Below are positions 18,070 through 29,675 of a stretch of 64,000 nucleotides of DNA, in pieces. Below the pieces are notes generated by a model. That model was given only the letters and a program-made list of their open reading frames with translations, made no database searches and was not told the DNA's origin. The translations under genes were made by a program, and so were the position numbers. This DNA comes from Sphingobacteriales bacterium (lineage in GTDB: Bacteria > Bacteroidota > Bacteroidia > Sphingobacteriales > Sphingobacteriaceae): contig JACXVB010000005.1 in the NCBI GenBank assembly GCA_014763615.1, forward strand, positions 20,457-84,456, given 5' to 3'. Positions within the stretch are counted from its first letter, which is position 1, and each line of letters begins with the position of its first letter.

Positions 18070-20142
18070 GTGTTAAAACGACCAAATAAAAACATATCAT
18101 TACCTTTGGGATTATATTTATCAAATCTCATGACTATGGCCAACAGACTGCAATTTTCTTCTTCTCCTTATTTATTACAACATGCCAATAATCCGGTGGA
18201 TTGGTATCCTTGGGGGCAGGAAGCTTTGGAAAAAGCAAAGCGAGAAAACAAATTGATTTTGGTGAGCATTGGCTATTCGGCTTGTCATTGGTGCCATGTG
18301 ATGGAGCATGAAAGTTTTGAAGATGAGCAAGTTGCTGATTTGATGAATCGCTTTTTTGTGTGTATTAAGATTGATCGTGAGGAACGTCCGGATATTGATC
18401 AAATCTACATGACTGCTGTTCAGTTAATGACAGGTAGAGGTGGTTGGCCGCTCAACTGTTTTTGTTTGCCAGATCAAAGACCTATTTATGGAGGGACTTA
18501 TTTTCCGAAGCAAGATTGGCTGAATTTGCTTACTAATTTGGCACATTTTTATGAAACCAAACCAGAAGAAGCAGAAGATTATGCCGTAAAATTAACAGCC
18601 GGAATTCAACAATCAGAAAAATTGAATTTCATTAAAGAAGAAAAGATTTATACCGAGAAAAATATCACTGAAATTTTGGAGCCATGGAAAATGCTTTTTG
18701 ATTTTAGTGAAGGAGGTCATAACCGAGCACCTAAATTTCCGATGCCTAATAATTGGGACTTTTTGATGCGTTGTGCCCATTTGTTAAAAGATGAAGCAGC
18801 ACAGGTGATTGTTCGTTTAACCTTAGATAAGATGGCTGCAGGCGGAATTTACGACCATTTAGGGGGAGGTTTTGCTCGCTATTCGGTGGATGCCAAATGG
18901 CATATTCCGCATTTTGAAAAGATGCTCTATGATAATGGACAACTTTTGGGGCTTTACGCCGATGCTTATAAATGGTGCGAAGAAAAACGTTATCAAGAAG
19001 TGGTGGAAGAAACTTTTGAATGGTTAAAAAGAGAAATGACTTCGCCAGAAGGAGGTTTTTACTCGGCTTTAGATGCGGATAGCGAAGGTGTGGAGGGGAA
19101 ATTTTATACTTGGCATAAAAGTGAAATTGATGAAATTTTAGGAGGCGATGCGGAGATTTTTAACGCTTTTTATGAAGTAACCGAAGACGGAAATTGGGAA
19201 GAAGAGCATATCAATAACTTATGTATCAGAAAAGAGAAAGAAGAGTTTGCAGCGGTTTTTAATATTTCAGTAGCAGATTTAAATCAACTTTTAAAGACAT
19301 CTAAAGCAAAACTTTTGAAAGTGAGAAATCAAAGGGTGCATTCGGGTTTAGATGATAAAATTCTAACTTCTTGGAATGCTTTGATGATTAAAGGTTTGTG
19401 TAAAGCTTATCAGGCTTTCGCCGATGAAAAATATCTGGATTTAGCGATTCGTAATTTTAAATTTTTACAGAATCATATCATCAAAACGGAAGCTGGAATT
19501 TATCGCAACTATAAAAATGGAAAAGCCAGTATCAACGGATTTTTAGATGATTACGCACTATTGATTGAGGCGATGATTTACCTCTACGAATGTACTTTTG
19601 AGGAGTCTTATTTGCATCAGGCGAAAGCCTTAACAGATTATGTTTTAGATCATTTTAGAGATGATGAATCTGGAATGTTCTTTTACACTTCTGATGAGGA
19701 TGAAGCTTTGATTGCCCGTAAATATGAAATCATGGACAATGTGATTCCGGCATCAAACTCGGTGATGGCTTGGAATCTTAAACGACTTTCTCAGTTTTTT
19801 GATGAGCAACGCTACCAAAAAATTTATCAGCATTTGTTGAAAATGGTTGAGCCACAAATGAAATCTTACGGTTCTTCCTTTTCAAATTGGGCATCTTTAT
19901 TACTGGAGGAGGTAAAAGGAAGCTTCGAAATTGCAATTACCGGCGAAGAATGGACACTTAAACGTCAGGATTTAGAAAAAATCTATATTCCTAACAAGAT
20001 TATTTTGGGAGGCGAGCAAGGAAATTTACCTTTGTTGCAAGATAAGTTTGTTGGCGAAACCAGAATTTTTGTTTGTAAAGATAAAACCTGTCGGCTGCCG
20101 GTGAGCGATGTTAGTGAAGTAATTAAACAAATTTTTGAATAG
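18070..20142 (+). CDS. YyaL/DUF255 thioredoxin-domain protein (likely start ATG 18130 or 18136)
   Basis: [53 protein letters not shown]. Confidence 0.92.
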   Translation: MLKRPNKNISLPLGLYLSNLMTMANRLQFSSSPYLLQHANNPVDWYPWGQEALEKAKRENKLILVSIGYSACHWCHVMEHESFEDEQVADLMNRFFVCIKIDREERPDIDQIYMTAVQLMTGRGGWPLNCFCLPDQRPIYGGTYFPKQDWLNLLTNLAHFYETKPEEAEDYAVKLTAGIQQSEKLNFIKEEKIYTEKNITEILEPWKMLFDFSEGGHNRAPKFPMPNNWDFLMRCAHLLKDEAAQVIVRLTLDKMAAGGIYDHLGGGFARYSVDAKWHIPHFEKMLYDNGQLLGLYADAYKWCEEKRYQEVVEETFEWLKREMTSPEGGFYSALDADSEGVEGKFYTWHKSEIDEILGGDAEIFNAFYEVTEDGNWEEEHINNLCIRKEKEEFAAVFNISVADLNQLLKTSKAKLLKVRNQRVHSGLDDKILTSWNALMIKGLCKAYQAFADEKYLDLAIRNFKFLQNHIIKTEAGIYRNYKNGKASINGFLDDYALLIEAMIYLYECTFEESYLHQAKALTDYVLDHFRDDESGMFFYTSDEDEALIARKYEIMDNVIPASNSVMAWNLKRLSQFFDEQRYQKIYQHLLKMVEPQMKSYGSSFSNWASLLLEEVKGSFEIAITGEEWTLKRQDLEKIYIPNKIILGGEQGNLPLLQDKFVGETRIFVCKDKTCRLPVSDVSEVIKQIFE

Positions 20143-20174
20143 AAGCGACCATTTCGTTTCGCAAATAACAACAC

Positions 20175-20669
20175 ATGAAGATTGATAATAACCACGTAGT
20201 AGGCGTAACCTACGATTTGTATGTCACCGAAAATGGTGAGAAAAAACACGTTGAAAGTGCAACCACCGAAAACCCATTGGTGTTTTTATATGGAGTAGGA
20301 ATGATGCTTCCTAAATTTGAGGAGCATTTGAGCGGCTTAGCTGTAGGTGATGATTATGCTTTTACGCTTTCTGCGGAAGATGGATATGGAGAATATGATG
20401 AAGCTGCGGTAGCTAACCTACCAAAAGAGATGTTTGGAGATCAACCTTTGCCAGAAATTGGTTCTATTTTGCCTTTACAGGATAACAATGGCAACCAATT
20501 TCAAGGAAGAGTAGTTTCTATTGTTGAGGATGCTGTTTTGGTAGATTTAAATCATCCAATGGCTGGACATGAATTACATTTCAATGGAACTATCCAAGAA
20601 GTTCGTCCTGCTACTAAAGAAGAATTAGAACACGGTCACGTTCATGGTGCGGGTGGTCCTCAGCATTAA
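20175..20669 (+). CDS. slyD: FKBP-type peptidyl-prolyl isomerase SlyD
   Basis: DGYGEYD, VDLNHPMAG; His-rich tail HGHVHGAGGPQH. Confidence 0.9.
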   Translation: MKIDNNHVVGVTYDLYVTENGEKKHVESATTENPLVFLYGVGMMLPKFEEHLSGLAVGDDYAFTLSAEDGYGEYDEAAVANLPKEMFGDQPLPEIGSILPLQDNNGNQFQGRVVSIVEDAVLVDLNHPMAGHELHFNGTIQEVRPATKEELEHGHVHGAGGPQH

Positions 20670-20714
20670 TAATTGACGATTTTAGATTTTTGAATTTCGA
20701 TTTCAAAAATCAAT

Positions 20715-20748
20715 AAAAAAAGCTTCCCGAATTTCGGGAAGCTTTTTT
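20715..20748. terminator. Bidirectional intrinsic terminator
   Basis: aaaaaagcttcccga/tcgggaagctttttt perfect inverted repeat between convergent genes. Confidence 0.85.
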
Positions 20749-20749
20749 G

Positions 20750-21448
20750 TTAATGTATACTTACACTATTGCTAGTTATTATCCGAGTTGTAGTAGTGAA
20801 AATAATAGTTGATTGAATGTTTTTGCCATTAAGTTCAGCAGGAATAAATGCTTTGAAAAAGTCAGAAAGTTTCTCAATGTTATTTTCAAATTCCTTATTA
20901 GTAGCTTTTACTATTGATTTCCAGGATATTATTTTTCCTGATTCATCTATATTCAAATAATGAACAATTTCAGTTTTTGTTATTCCTGAATTATGCAAAT
21001 AACTTGATATATCATAATTGGGTTTAATGACAAAGGAATAGCCATAAAATGTGCCTCCTATTTTAATGGGAGCCTTAACAGTGTCTTCTGGAGAAAGTTT
21101 TACAGGAAATTGATAGGATACTGAGTTATCATTCAATTTAGGTTGATTAAACAATAATTTTTGATTGTCAAAATCAAAACGTTGTTCTAAATTTCCTTGA
21201 TAATCAAAAAACATCCAAGTTCCAGACAAGTAATTATGGTCGTAATTCCCTCTCACAGCTACTTTATTTTTGCTTTTTGTAAAGATGGTATACATTCCTT
21301 GTTTTACCTTTTTATCAGATTTTAAAACATGATATTCGGCTCTGAACATGAAGTCTAAGTCTTCTTTTTTTTCTTTTAATTCTTGAGCGAATATCGAAAA
21401 GCTAACTATGGTTAGGTATAAGAGTAGTATTGATTTTTTCATTTTCAT
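20750..21448 (-). CDS. Hypothetical exported protein (MORN/YwqK-like beta region plus possible degenerate TonB-C-like tail)
   Basis: Signal peptide; GTWMFFDYQGNLEQ; FIPAELNGKNI resembles the end of TonB C-terminal domains. Confidence 0.5.
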   Translation of the reverse strand: MKMKKSILLLYLTIVSFSIFAQELKEKKEDLDFMFRAEYHVLKSDKKVKQGMYTIFTKSKNKVAVRGNYDHNYLSGTWMFFDYQGNLEQRFDFDNQKLLFNQPKLNDNSVSYQFPVKLSPEDTVKAPIKIGGTFYGYSFVIKPNYDISSYLHNSGITKTEIVHYLNIDESGKIISWKSIVKATNKEFENNIEKLSDFFKAFIPAELNGKNIQSTIIFTTTTRIITSNSVSIH

Positions 21449-21987
21449 TTAGATAGATTAATTCCAACCGAGAAGCTTAAATAACCAAAATCTTGATGAG
21501 TAAATTCATCTTTGAAAGGGACATGAGTAAAAGACAATTTAGTATTCCATTTTTGATTTTTTGATGGATAATAAATTAAAGATGGTCTAATCCCAAAATG
21601 AGCTTTATTACTAAAAAAGCTAGATCCTAGTGTTAATGATGATGATAAGTGCTTGTTTAAAATAAATATGGAGCCAATAAAAGTACTTGAGATCATACTT
21701 TTACTTTCATGAACAGATGTGTTTCCACCTGAAAAGAAAATACTTTCTTTTGGTCCTCCAACCCCATCAACATTCAATTCTATGATTGGTTTAAAAAACG
21801 TCTTTGTTTGGAAATTTAATTGCAATCCTAAACCAGCACCGCCTTTATTCTTTTTAATAGTATAATCATATAAAGTTTTGTCGGCTTGTACTGAAAGGAA
21901 ATAATAGACCTTTCTATCCTTCACTTGAGCAGGACTTTTTTGGCAGAATAAAAATGTAATGAGTAAAATGATGTAAATTTTTTTCAT
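21445..21987 (-). CDS. Hypothetical exported protein, possible small outer-membrane beta-barrel
   Basis: Signal peptide; alternating hydrophobic strands; ends YLSFSVGINLSK; 4-bp overlap with the next gene. Confidence 0.5.
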   Translation of the reverse strand: MKKIYIILLITFLFCQKSPAQVKDRKVYYFLSVQADKTLYDYTIKKNKGGAGLGLQLNFQTKTFFKPIIELNVDGVGGPKESIFFSGGNTSVHESKSMISSTFIGSIFILNKHLSSSLTLGSSFFSNKAHFGIRPSLIYYPSKNQKWNTKLSFTHVPFKDEFTHQDFGYLSFSVGINLSK

Positions 21988-22008
21988 AACTAATAAGTTA
22001 TCCTAAAA

Positions 22009-22042
22009 TAAAAAATCCCATTTGCGAAAGCAAATGGGATTT
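22009..22042 (-). terminator. Intrinsic terminator after the ABC-F gene
   Basis: 13-bp stem aaatcccatttgc/gcaaatgggattt with a 4-nt loop. Confidence 0.8.
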
Positions 22043-22062
22043 CAATTTAACTTTAAAATCAG

Positions 22063-23721
<1,659 letters not shown>

Positions 23722-23794
23722 TTAGAATAAAACTTGTTAGGCTTAAAATCACAATTTCTCTAGCTCCATCAGAAATATTCTGCATTTTTAAAAA

Positions 23795-24262
23795 ATGAAT
23801 TCCGCGGCGACATTAGCATTTAAAGAATTGCTTTTTCAACATTGTGTGCAACTGTTAACACAAAAAGCATCAGCCTTAAAGGCTGAAATTGTTCAGCTTA
23901 GAGAAGGTATAGCTAACGATTCTAAAAGTTCTATGGGCGATAAATACGAAACGAGTAGGGAAATGTCGCAGCAAGAAATCAATCGCTTAGAGCAACAATT
24001 AGGACTGATTGGTCAGCAACAATTTCAATTAAAATCAATTGCTATGAAGAGTGAAATGCCGCAAATTGGTTTTGGCAGTTTAGTAGCAACCAATATTGGT
24101 CGTTTTTTTATCAGCATTGCTTTGGGCGAAATTAAAATAGATACAGAAAATATTTTTGTGATTTCTCCAGCCTCACCAATAGGCAAATTAATGATAGGCA
24201 AGCAAAGTGGGGAGACATTTAAAATGAACCAAAAGCAGGTTGAGATTATAGAGTTTTATTAG
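23795..24262 (+). CDS. GreA/GreB-like protein (N-terminal coiled coil plus Gre C-terminal domain)
   Basis: KSSMGDKYETSREM at the coiled-coil tip; FGSLV and ISPASPIGKLMIGK resemble the Gre C-domain. Confidence 0.65.
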   Translation: MNSAATLAFKELLFQHCVQLLTQKASALKAEIVQLREGIANDSKSSMGDKYETSREMSQQEINRLEQQLGLIGQQQFQLKSIAMKSEMPQIGFGSLVATNIGRFFISIALGEIKIDTENIFVISPASPIGKLMIGKQSGETFKMNQKQVEIIEFY

Positions 24263-25217
24263 CAATCTCATCAATTACTTTCATATTGAGAAAAGCATCT
24301 TCTAAAGAGAACGGTACTAGGTTTTTGTTTAAAATAGCATCGGCGAAAGCCTCACCTTGTAAGGTGTATTGATTGGCTTTAAATAGCAAAGTTTGCTCTC
24401 CCTTTTCAGTAAAAACACTCACTTTGGTATCTTCATCTAGTGGCGCATTGCAAGGATAATCTATTTCAATCCTACCCTTATCTCCAAAAATGAAAGTTTT
24501 TTGATAAGGGAATAATTTGGTAGAACAGGTGAAACTTGCAGTTATTTGCTCATCAAAAGTTAAAATCCCAGAAGAAAGAATGTCTGTTTTAGAAATAGGA
24601 TCAATAGTTTGTTCACCTTTTACAGCGATAGGTTCTTTGCCTAGAATAAAGCGTGAAAATGAGATACAATAGCAACCAATATCCATTAATGCCCCGCCAC
24701 CAACTTCTGCAATATTGCGGATATTGTTCATATCCGTATTATTGTAGGAGAAAAAGGTTTGGAGGTGTTTTATTTTACCGATGCTTCCCTCTTTTACAAG
24801 TTCTTTAACCTGGTGCCATTGCGGATGGAATTTGTACATAAAGGCCTCCATCACTTTTAATGTTGGATGTTCTGCGGCAGCATTTATCAAATTTTGGGCT
24901 TCATCAGCACTTAAAGCAATGGGTTTTTCGCACAATACATGTTTATCTGCTTCCAGCGCTTTTATGGTGTATTTAACATGTAAATGGTTAGGCAAAGGAT
25001 TGTAAATAGCTTCTATATCTGAGTCGGCTAAAAGTGCTTCATAAGATGCGTAAGCTTTAGGAATATTTAGCAACTCGGCTGTTTTTTGTGCTTGGTCTAA
25101 ATTTCTCGAAGCAATTGCTATCACTTCGCAATTTTTAGCTTTTTGCAATGCCGGAATTACTTTTTCTCTTCCAATTTTAGCGGTACTTAATATTCCCCAT
25201 CTAACTTTTCTATTCAT
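24246..25217 (-). CDS. Gfo/Idh/MocA family oxidoreductase
   Basis: WGILSTAKIG, VLCEKP, GGGALMDIGCY. Confidence 0.92.
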   Translation of the reverse strand: MNRKVRWGILSTAKIGREKVIPALQKAKNCEVIAIASRNLDQAQKTAELLNIPKAYASYEALLADSDIEAIYNPLPNHLHVKYTIKALEADKHVLCEKPIALSADEAQNLINAAAEHPTLKVMEAFMYKFHPQWHQVKELVKEGSIGKIKHLQTFFSYNNTDMNNIRNIAEVGGGALMDIGCYCISFSRFILGKEPIAVKGEQTIDPISKTDILSSGILTFDEQITASFTCSTKLFPYQKTFIFGDKGRIEIDYPCNAPLDEDTKVSVFTEKGEQTLLFKANQYTLQGEAFADAILNKNLVPFSLEDAFLNMKVIDEIANKTL

Positions 25218-25287
25218 AAATCAAAAGTATAAAATTTATTCTGGCATCATTTCTGATTAGATTGAGTATAAACCAATACAATAAATT

Positions 25288-25581
25288 ATGGATAAGTTGA
25301 AAAAATTTGAATTGATGGAGAAAATTGGTCGTGAATTAGAAGATTTGAAACATAGCCAAACTGCCGTAATCCAAAAGATTGGAAAAATTGAGGTGGATAA
25401 TATGGAGTTGAACAACAAAAAATTGGAAGAAAGTTTAGGAAATATGCATCAAAATGCATCTGATATCTTAGATGCGATTTCTGCGGTTTTTGAAAACTTT
25501 GAAGAGGTGAAGAGTAAATTCGAAGGAACTAATAATATCGAAGGATTAAGAGCTCAGGAAGCAATTAATAGTACCAAATAG
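25288..25581 (+). CDS. Hypothetical helical protein, 97 aa
   Basis: Clean ORF with an A-rich leader, coiled-coil composition, no recognised motif. Confidence 0.6.
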   Translation: MDKLKKFELMEKIGRELEDLKHSQTAVIQKIGKIEVDNMELNNKKLEESLGNMHQNASDILDAISAVFENFEEVKSKFEGTNNIEGLRAQEAINSTK

Positions 25582-25608
25582 GTGATTTAATGGAAAGATA
25601 ATGAAATT

Positions 25609-26100
25609 TTATTCTTTCCATTTGTCTTTTAAATCGCTTACAAACAAGCTCAGTTCTTTTATAAAAAGATCTAAATCTTCTGCTGATTTTTTCATAAAAC
25701 CAATTGATTCAAGCAATTCTTCTTTTGATTGTTGTTTTTCTATAATTTCTACAAGACCTAAAATATTAGCCACCGGTTGCCGTACTTTATGAGAGGTAAT
25801 AAAGGTCATTTTTTCTAAATCACGGATTCGATATTTTAGATAAGTTTCAGCCTTTTTTAATTCCTGATTAGCATATTCTAGTTCATCAGCTCGCTTTTCT
25901 TTCTCCCGATTTTGATAAGCTAGCTCTTGGTTTGCTATAGCCAATTCTGCAGCCCTTTTTTCTTTTTCTTGATTTTGAAAAATGAGCTCTTTATTAGCGA
26001 TAATTAACGCTGATGCTTTCTTTTTCTTTTCGTGATTTTGGAATGCGTATTCAGATGGGGTGAGAATGATGTTATTATTTTGAGGGGATGACTTCTCCAT
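25609..26100 (-). CDS. Soluble coiled-coil repeat protein with HisKA H-box and no HATPase domain
   Basis: Three 21-aa repeats (xxQNxEKEKRAxELxxANxEL) followed by TSHKVRQPVANILGL; ends about 50 aa after the His. ATG 26100 preferred over the 26130 start in the track. Confidence 0.75.
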   Translation of the reverse strand: MEKSSPQNNNIILTPSEYAFQNHEKKKKASALIIANKELIFQNQEKEKRAAELAIANQELAYQNREKEKRADELEYANQELKKAETYLKYRIRDLEKMTFITSHKVRQPVANILGLVEIIEKQQSKEELLESIGFMKKSAEDLDLFIKELSLFVSDLKDKWKE

Positions 26101-26214
26101 AGAATGATGGGATATAATTTTAAAAATCAAAACAAACTATATCTACCTCATGAAGTCATTTTCGAAGTCTGTACATAAATGTAGGACTAATTTCTAACTA
26201 TTTTGATTTTTTAA

Positions 26215-28053
26215 CTAGATATTTTTCCCCTTCATGGCCTGAGCAACAGCCTCATCCATTAATCTTTCTGCAAAAGGACGAGTGAAATCGTTTAATGCAT
26301 CTATGGCATTTAAAATAGCGTCTTTATCATCGCCACCCGCTTTAGTTTTTAAATCAGCAACTAACTCGAGTGTTTTAGAGGTTTCTTCTTCATTCAAGAA
26401 ACTTCCATTTTTTTGAATAAAACGTTCTGTGGTATAAATCATTTGCTCCGCCTCTGTTTTGGCTTCCACAATCATGCGCTGGGCAACATCATCTTTGGCA
26501 TGAGTGACGGCATCCAATAACATTTGTTCCACTTCTTCATCTTTTAAGCCATAAGTAGGTTTTACATCAATTTCTTGTTTTACGCCAGAACGTAATTCAA
26601 TAGCTTGAACGGTTAAAATTCCATCCGCGTTAAGCAAAAAGTTAATATCAACCTTAGGTAAACCAGCAGGCATCGCCGGAATTCCTTTCAGCGTAAATTC
26701 CGCTAGTTTTCTATTCTCTTTTACTAAATCTCTTTCTCCTTGATAAACAGCAATTTTCATGTTTACTTGTCCATCCACAGAAGTTGAATACTGGCGACCA
26801 GCTTTGGTGGGTACTTTAGAATTTCTAGGGATGATGGTATCCATTAAACCACCCATAGTTTCGATTCCTAAAGAAAGCGGCGTAACATCTAATAATAAAA
26901 TGTCTTTTCTATTTCCTGATAACACATCAGCTTGCAAAGCAGCTCCCAAAGCCACTACTTCATCAGGATTGATGGTATCATTTACCTCTTTTTTGAAGAA
27001 CTCAGCAACCCTTCTTTTTACTAAATCTGTACGGGTTGAGCCGCCCACCATAATCACTTCATCAATTTCTGAAACAGAAATTCCCGCATCATTGAGCGCA
27101 TTTTGACAAGCAATAATGGTTTCTTCTACTTTGTCGGTGATTAATTTCTCGAAAGTTTGTTTATCGATACTACAAAAGGTATCCTCAATTTTTTCATTAA
27201 AAAGGTTTTGATGGTTGAAAGCTTTCTTTGCTTTTTCTGCCATTAAGCGCAATTCTTGCATTGGAATTTCTCCCTTTAATTGGTTTTGAGTGATCCAATA
27301 ATCAACAATGGCTCTGTCAAAATCATCTCCACCTAAGAAAGTATTTCCATTGGTTGATAAAACCTCAAAAATTCCATTTTGGATTTTTAAGATAGAAACA
27401 TCAAAAGTTCCGCCACCTAAATCATAAACGGCAATGGTTTTTTCTTCCTCAGGGTTTAACCCGATACCATAAGCCAAAGAAGCAGCCGTAGGTTCATTAA
27501 CAATACGTAAAACATCTAAACCGGCTAATTTTCCAGCATCTCTAGTAGCCTGACGCTGAGAATCGTTGAAATAAGCCGGAACGGTAATTACTGCCCTAGA
27601 AACATTGGTTTTTAAAGCATGTGCCGCTCTGGCTTTGAGCTCTTTTAAGATGAGTGCAGATAAATCAATAGGAGTATAAAAAGCATCACCAACTTTGATT
27701 TTCACCAAACTTTCATCGTTGGCATCATCAATAATTTTATAAGAAAAGTAATCTTGATGTTTGGCAACATCCTGATAAGAACGACCTAATAATCTTTTTA
27801 CCGAAAAAATGGTGTTTTGAGGGTCGCTTACCAAAAAATCTTTGGCTTCATTTCCAACTAAAACTGCTCCATTTTGGTCGAAATGTACCACCGAAGGTAC
27901 TAATACGCCTTTTCCTGCATCGTTTATCACTTTAGCATCACCATCTGGGTTGATAAATGCCACCAAAGAGTTGGTAGTGCCTAAATCTATTCCAACAATA
28001 ATATCTTCTTTCTGTATAGAACCTGTTGTCAGGTTAATTGAAACTTTAGCCAT
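26215..28053 (-). CDS. hscA: Hsp70-family Fe-S assembly chaperone HscA
   Basis: [33 protein letters not shown]; 612 aa with HscA-like C-terminus; TACCTTTG promoter element upstream. Confidence 0.85.
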   Translation of the reverse strand: MAKVSINLTTGSIQKEDIIVGIDLGTTNSLVAFINPDGDAKVINDAGKGVLVPSVVHFDQNGAVLVGNEAKDFLVSDPQNTIFSVKRLLGRSYQDVAKHQDYFSYKIIDDANDESLVKIKVGDAFYTPIDLSALILKELKARAAHALKTNVSRAVITVPAYFNDSQRQATRDAGKLAGLDVLRIVNEPTAASLAYGIGLNPEEEKTIAVYDLGGGTFDVSILKIQNGIFEVLSTNGNTFLGGDDFDRAIVDYWITQNQLKGEIPMQELRLMAEKAKKAFNHQNLFNEKIEDTFCSIDKQTFEKLITDKVEETIIACQNALNDAGISVSEIDEVIMVGGSTRTDLVKRRVAEFFKKEVNDTINPDEVVALGAALQADVLSGNRKDILLLDVTPLSLGIETMGGLMDTIIPRNSKVPTKAGRQYSTSVDGQVNMKIAVYQGERDLVKENRKLAEFTLKGIPAMPAGLPKVDINFLLNADGILTVQAIELRSGVKQEIDVKPTYGLKDEEVEQMLLDAVTHAKDDVAQRMIVEAKTEAEQMIYTTERFIQKNGSFLNEEETSKTLELVADLKTKAGGDDKDAILNAIDALNDFTRPFAERLMDEAVAQAMKGKNI

Positions 28054-28347
28054 AATTTTCTAACCTCAGCAAAGGTAAGATGTTTTAAGAGATTGCTTGT
28101 TAATAAAATGTCATTGTAAATCATGATAAATTTTGAAAATAATGACTATCCGTATATTTTCTTAAAAAGAATAACTTTTAGTCGATAAAATTGAAAAGAG
28201 ATGAATTAATAGAGCAGTATCTAGATGACACAAGCCACAAAAACAGGTTTAAAGATTATATAGATTATGGGTTACTTATTCAAAATGAAGCCAGATAGAC
28301 CATTACTGAAAATAAGATGAAGGGCAATATGAATGTAAGAAATTTAG

Positions 28348-28863
28348 AACAGGAATACACTAATAAGTAGGACAATAAGGCATAAATTCAAGTCCTACAT
28401 CAGCTTAACAGGATCGCTAAGTTCTTCCTCTTCTCCTATATTTATTGCAACTTATGCTGAATTAAAATTCATAGAAGCTGAGGCTACTTTTAGATCAACT
28501 CAACTTGTTAGAGCATATACTGCATATATTGAAGGTATTAAAGCAAGCATGGATCAGTTTGGTGTTTCGATAACAGATAAAGATGCTTATCTATCCAGCT
28601 CTGGTGTAGCACAAACAGCCGTTACTCTAACTCTAGCTGATATTTTTAAAGAGAAATATGTAGCAACTTATTTGAACCCTGAAGCTTGGAATGATGCTAG
28701 AAGATATGATTACAAATATAAAGACTTCACTCTTCCAACAAACGCAGTTTTAAATACTTTCATCAGGAGAGTTGGATATGTGTCTGGAGAAAAATCTAAG
28801 AACGGGGTTAATGTCCCTCCAGATGTTTCTTTAAGTACCAATTTATATTGGGACAAACCATAA
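28348..28863 (+). pseudogene. 5'-truncated SusD/RagB-like lipoprotein remnant
   Basis: Frame 1 from 28348 gives SPIFIATYAELKFIEAEA...EKYVATYLNPEAWNDARRYDY...LYWDKP, a SusD C-terminal pattern. In-frame stops upstream (28330-28347), no signal peptide, no susC. Confidence 0.75.
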
Positions 28864-29112
28864 TTGCATTTAGATTTTTGATAAAATAGAAAAGGCTCTT
28901 AGTTGTGAAGAGAAGTCTTTTTTTTGATTAGCAGACTTAAAATTTAATGATTGGTCTAAACTTTTATACCATCGGTGAATTCTTTTAGAAAAAAATATAA
29001 ATCGACCTGATAACACTTCATGTATTTTTTACTGATTCAAATCACCATAAATAATTTATTAATTTGATTTATAGAGGATTAATAAATAGGTGTAATTTAT
29101 TTTTAAAATAAA

Positions 29113-29143
29113 TTTGCAAAGGTCGTTAAAAAACCTACTTTTG
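29113..29143 (+). promoter_or_regulatory. Bacteroidota sigma-A promoter of tRNA-Pro
   Basis: TTTG (29113-29116), 19 nt, TACTTTTG (29136-29143). Confidence 0.8.
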
Positions 29144-29162
29144 CAATCCCAATCAACAAGTT

Positions 29163-29236
29163 CGGGATGTAGCGTAGCCCGGTATCGCGCCACATTTGGG
29201 ATGTGGAGGCCGCAGGTTCGAATCCTGCCATCCCGA
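29163..29236 (+). tRNA. tRNA-Pro (anticodon TGG)
   Basis: Acceptor CGGGATG/CATCCCG; anticodon arm ccaca-tt-TGG-ga-tgtgg; T-arm gcagg-ttcgaat-cctgc; CCA not encoded. Confidence 0.97.
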
Positions 29237-29260
29237 CTAATACTCAGTGTAAATGAGTTC

Positions 29261-29296
29261 AAAACCCTCTAAATATCACAATTTAGAGGGTTTTTG
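29261..29296. terminator. Intrinsic terminator after tRNA-Pro (possibly bidirectional)
   Basis: 14-bp stem aaaaccctctaaat/atttagagggtttt. Confidence 0.8.
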
Positions 29297-29483
29297 ATTT
29301 ATTTAATTTTTCAAAAAAAAACGGGCATCTATAACCAACCTTAAGTTACCTCAACTCGCACTCAACGTATTTTTAAACCAATCAATTCTGGTACTGCATT
29401 GTAATTTAACACCAGATGACGAAATATCCATTAGGTGTTAATCTTTGTTTTCAGACTTCCATGTCTGTGATCCTAACTTTAAA

Positions 29484-29675
29484 TCATTTATCTGCTTCCG
29501 TCTCCCGAATTTCATCTTCCCATTCCTTTGCTTTATCTTCTTCATCCAGTAACATTCTAACAGAAGGCGTGTAAAGGTCGTCATTTTGCCCATGATGATG
29601 TGCCCAAAAGAAAGCTCCAAGAAAAATAAGCGCTAATGTCACGCTGCAGGCGATGAGAAAAAAGATGGCACTCAT
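29484..29675 (-). CDS. ccoS: cbb3-type cytochrome oxidase assembly protein CcoS
   Basis: One TM helix, then FFWA..GQNDDLYTPSVRML; 4-bp overlap with the P-type ATPase. Confidence 0.9.
   Translation of the reverse strand: MSAIFFLIACSVTLALIFLGAFFWAHHHGQNDDLYTPSVRMLLDEEDKAKEWEDEIRETEADK

Noticed and set aside
28191-28298. Fragment LKRDELIEQYLDDTSHKNRFKDYIDYGLLIQN, vaguely like the tail of Bacteroidota serine recombinases
   Set aside because: Only 35 codons with no catalytic motif; cannot be supported without a search.
29059-29262. 67-aa minus-strand ORF
   Set aside because: Antisense shadow of tRNA-Pro.
29438-29620. 60-aa ORF overlapping ccoS
   Set aside because: Alternative frame of ccoS with no ccoN-like sequence.
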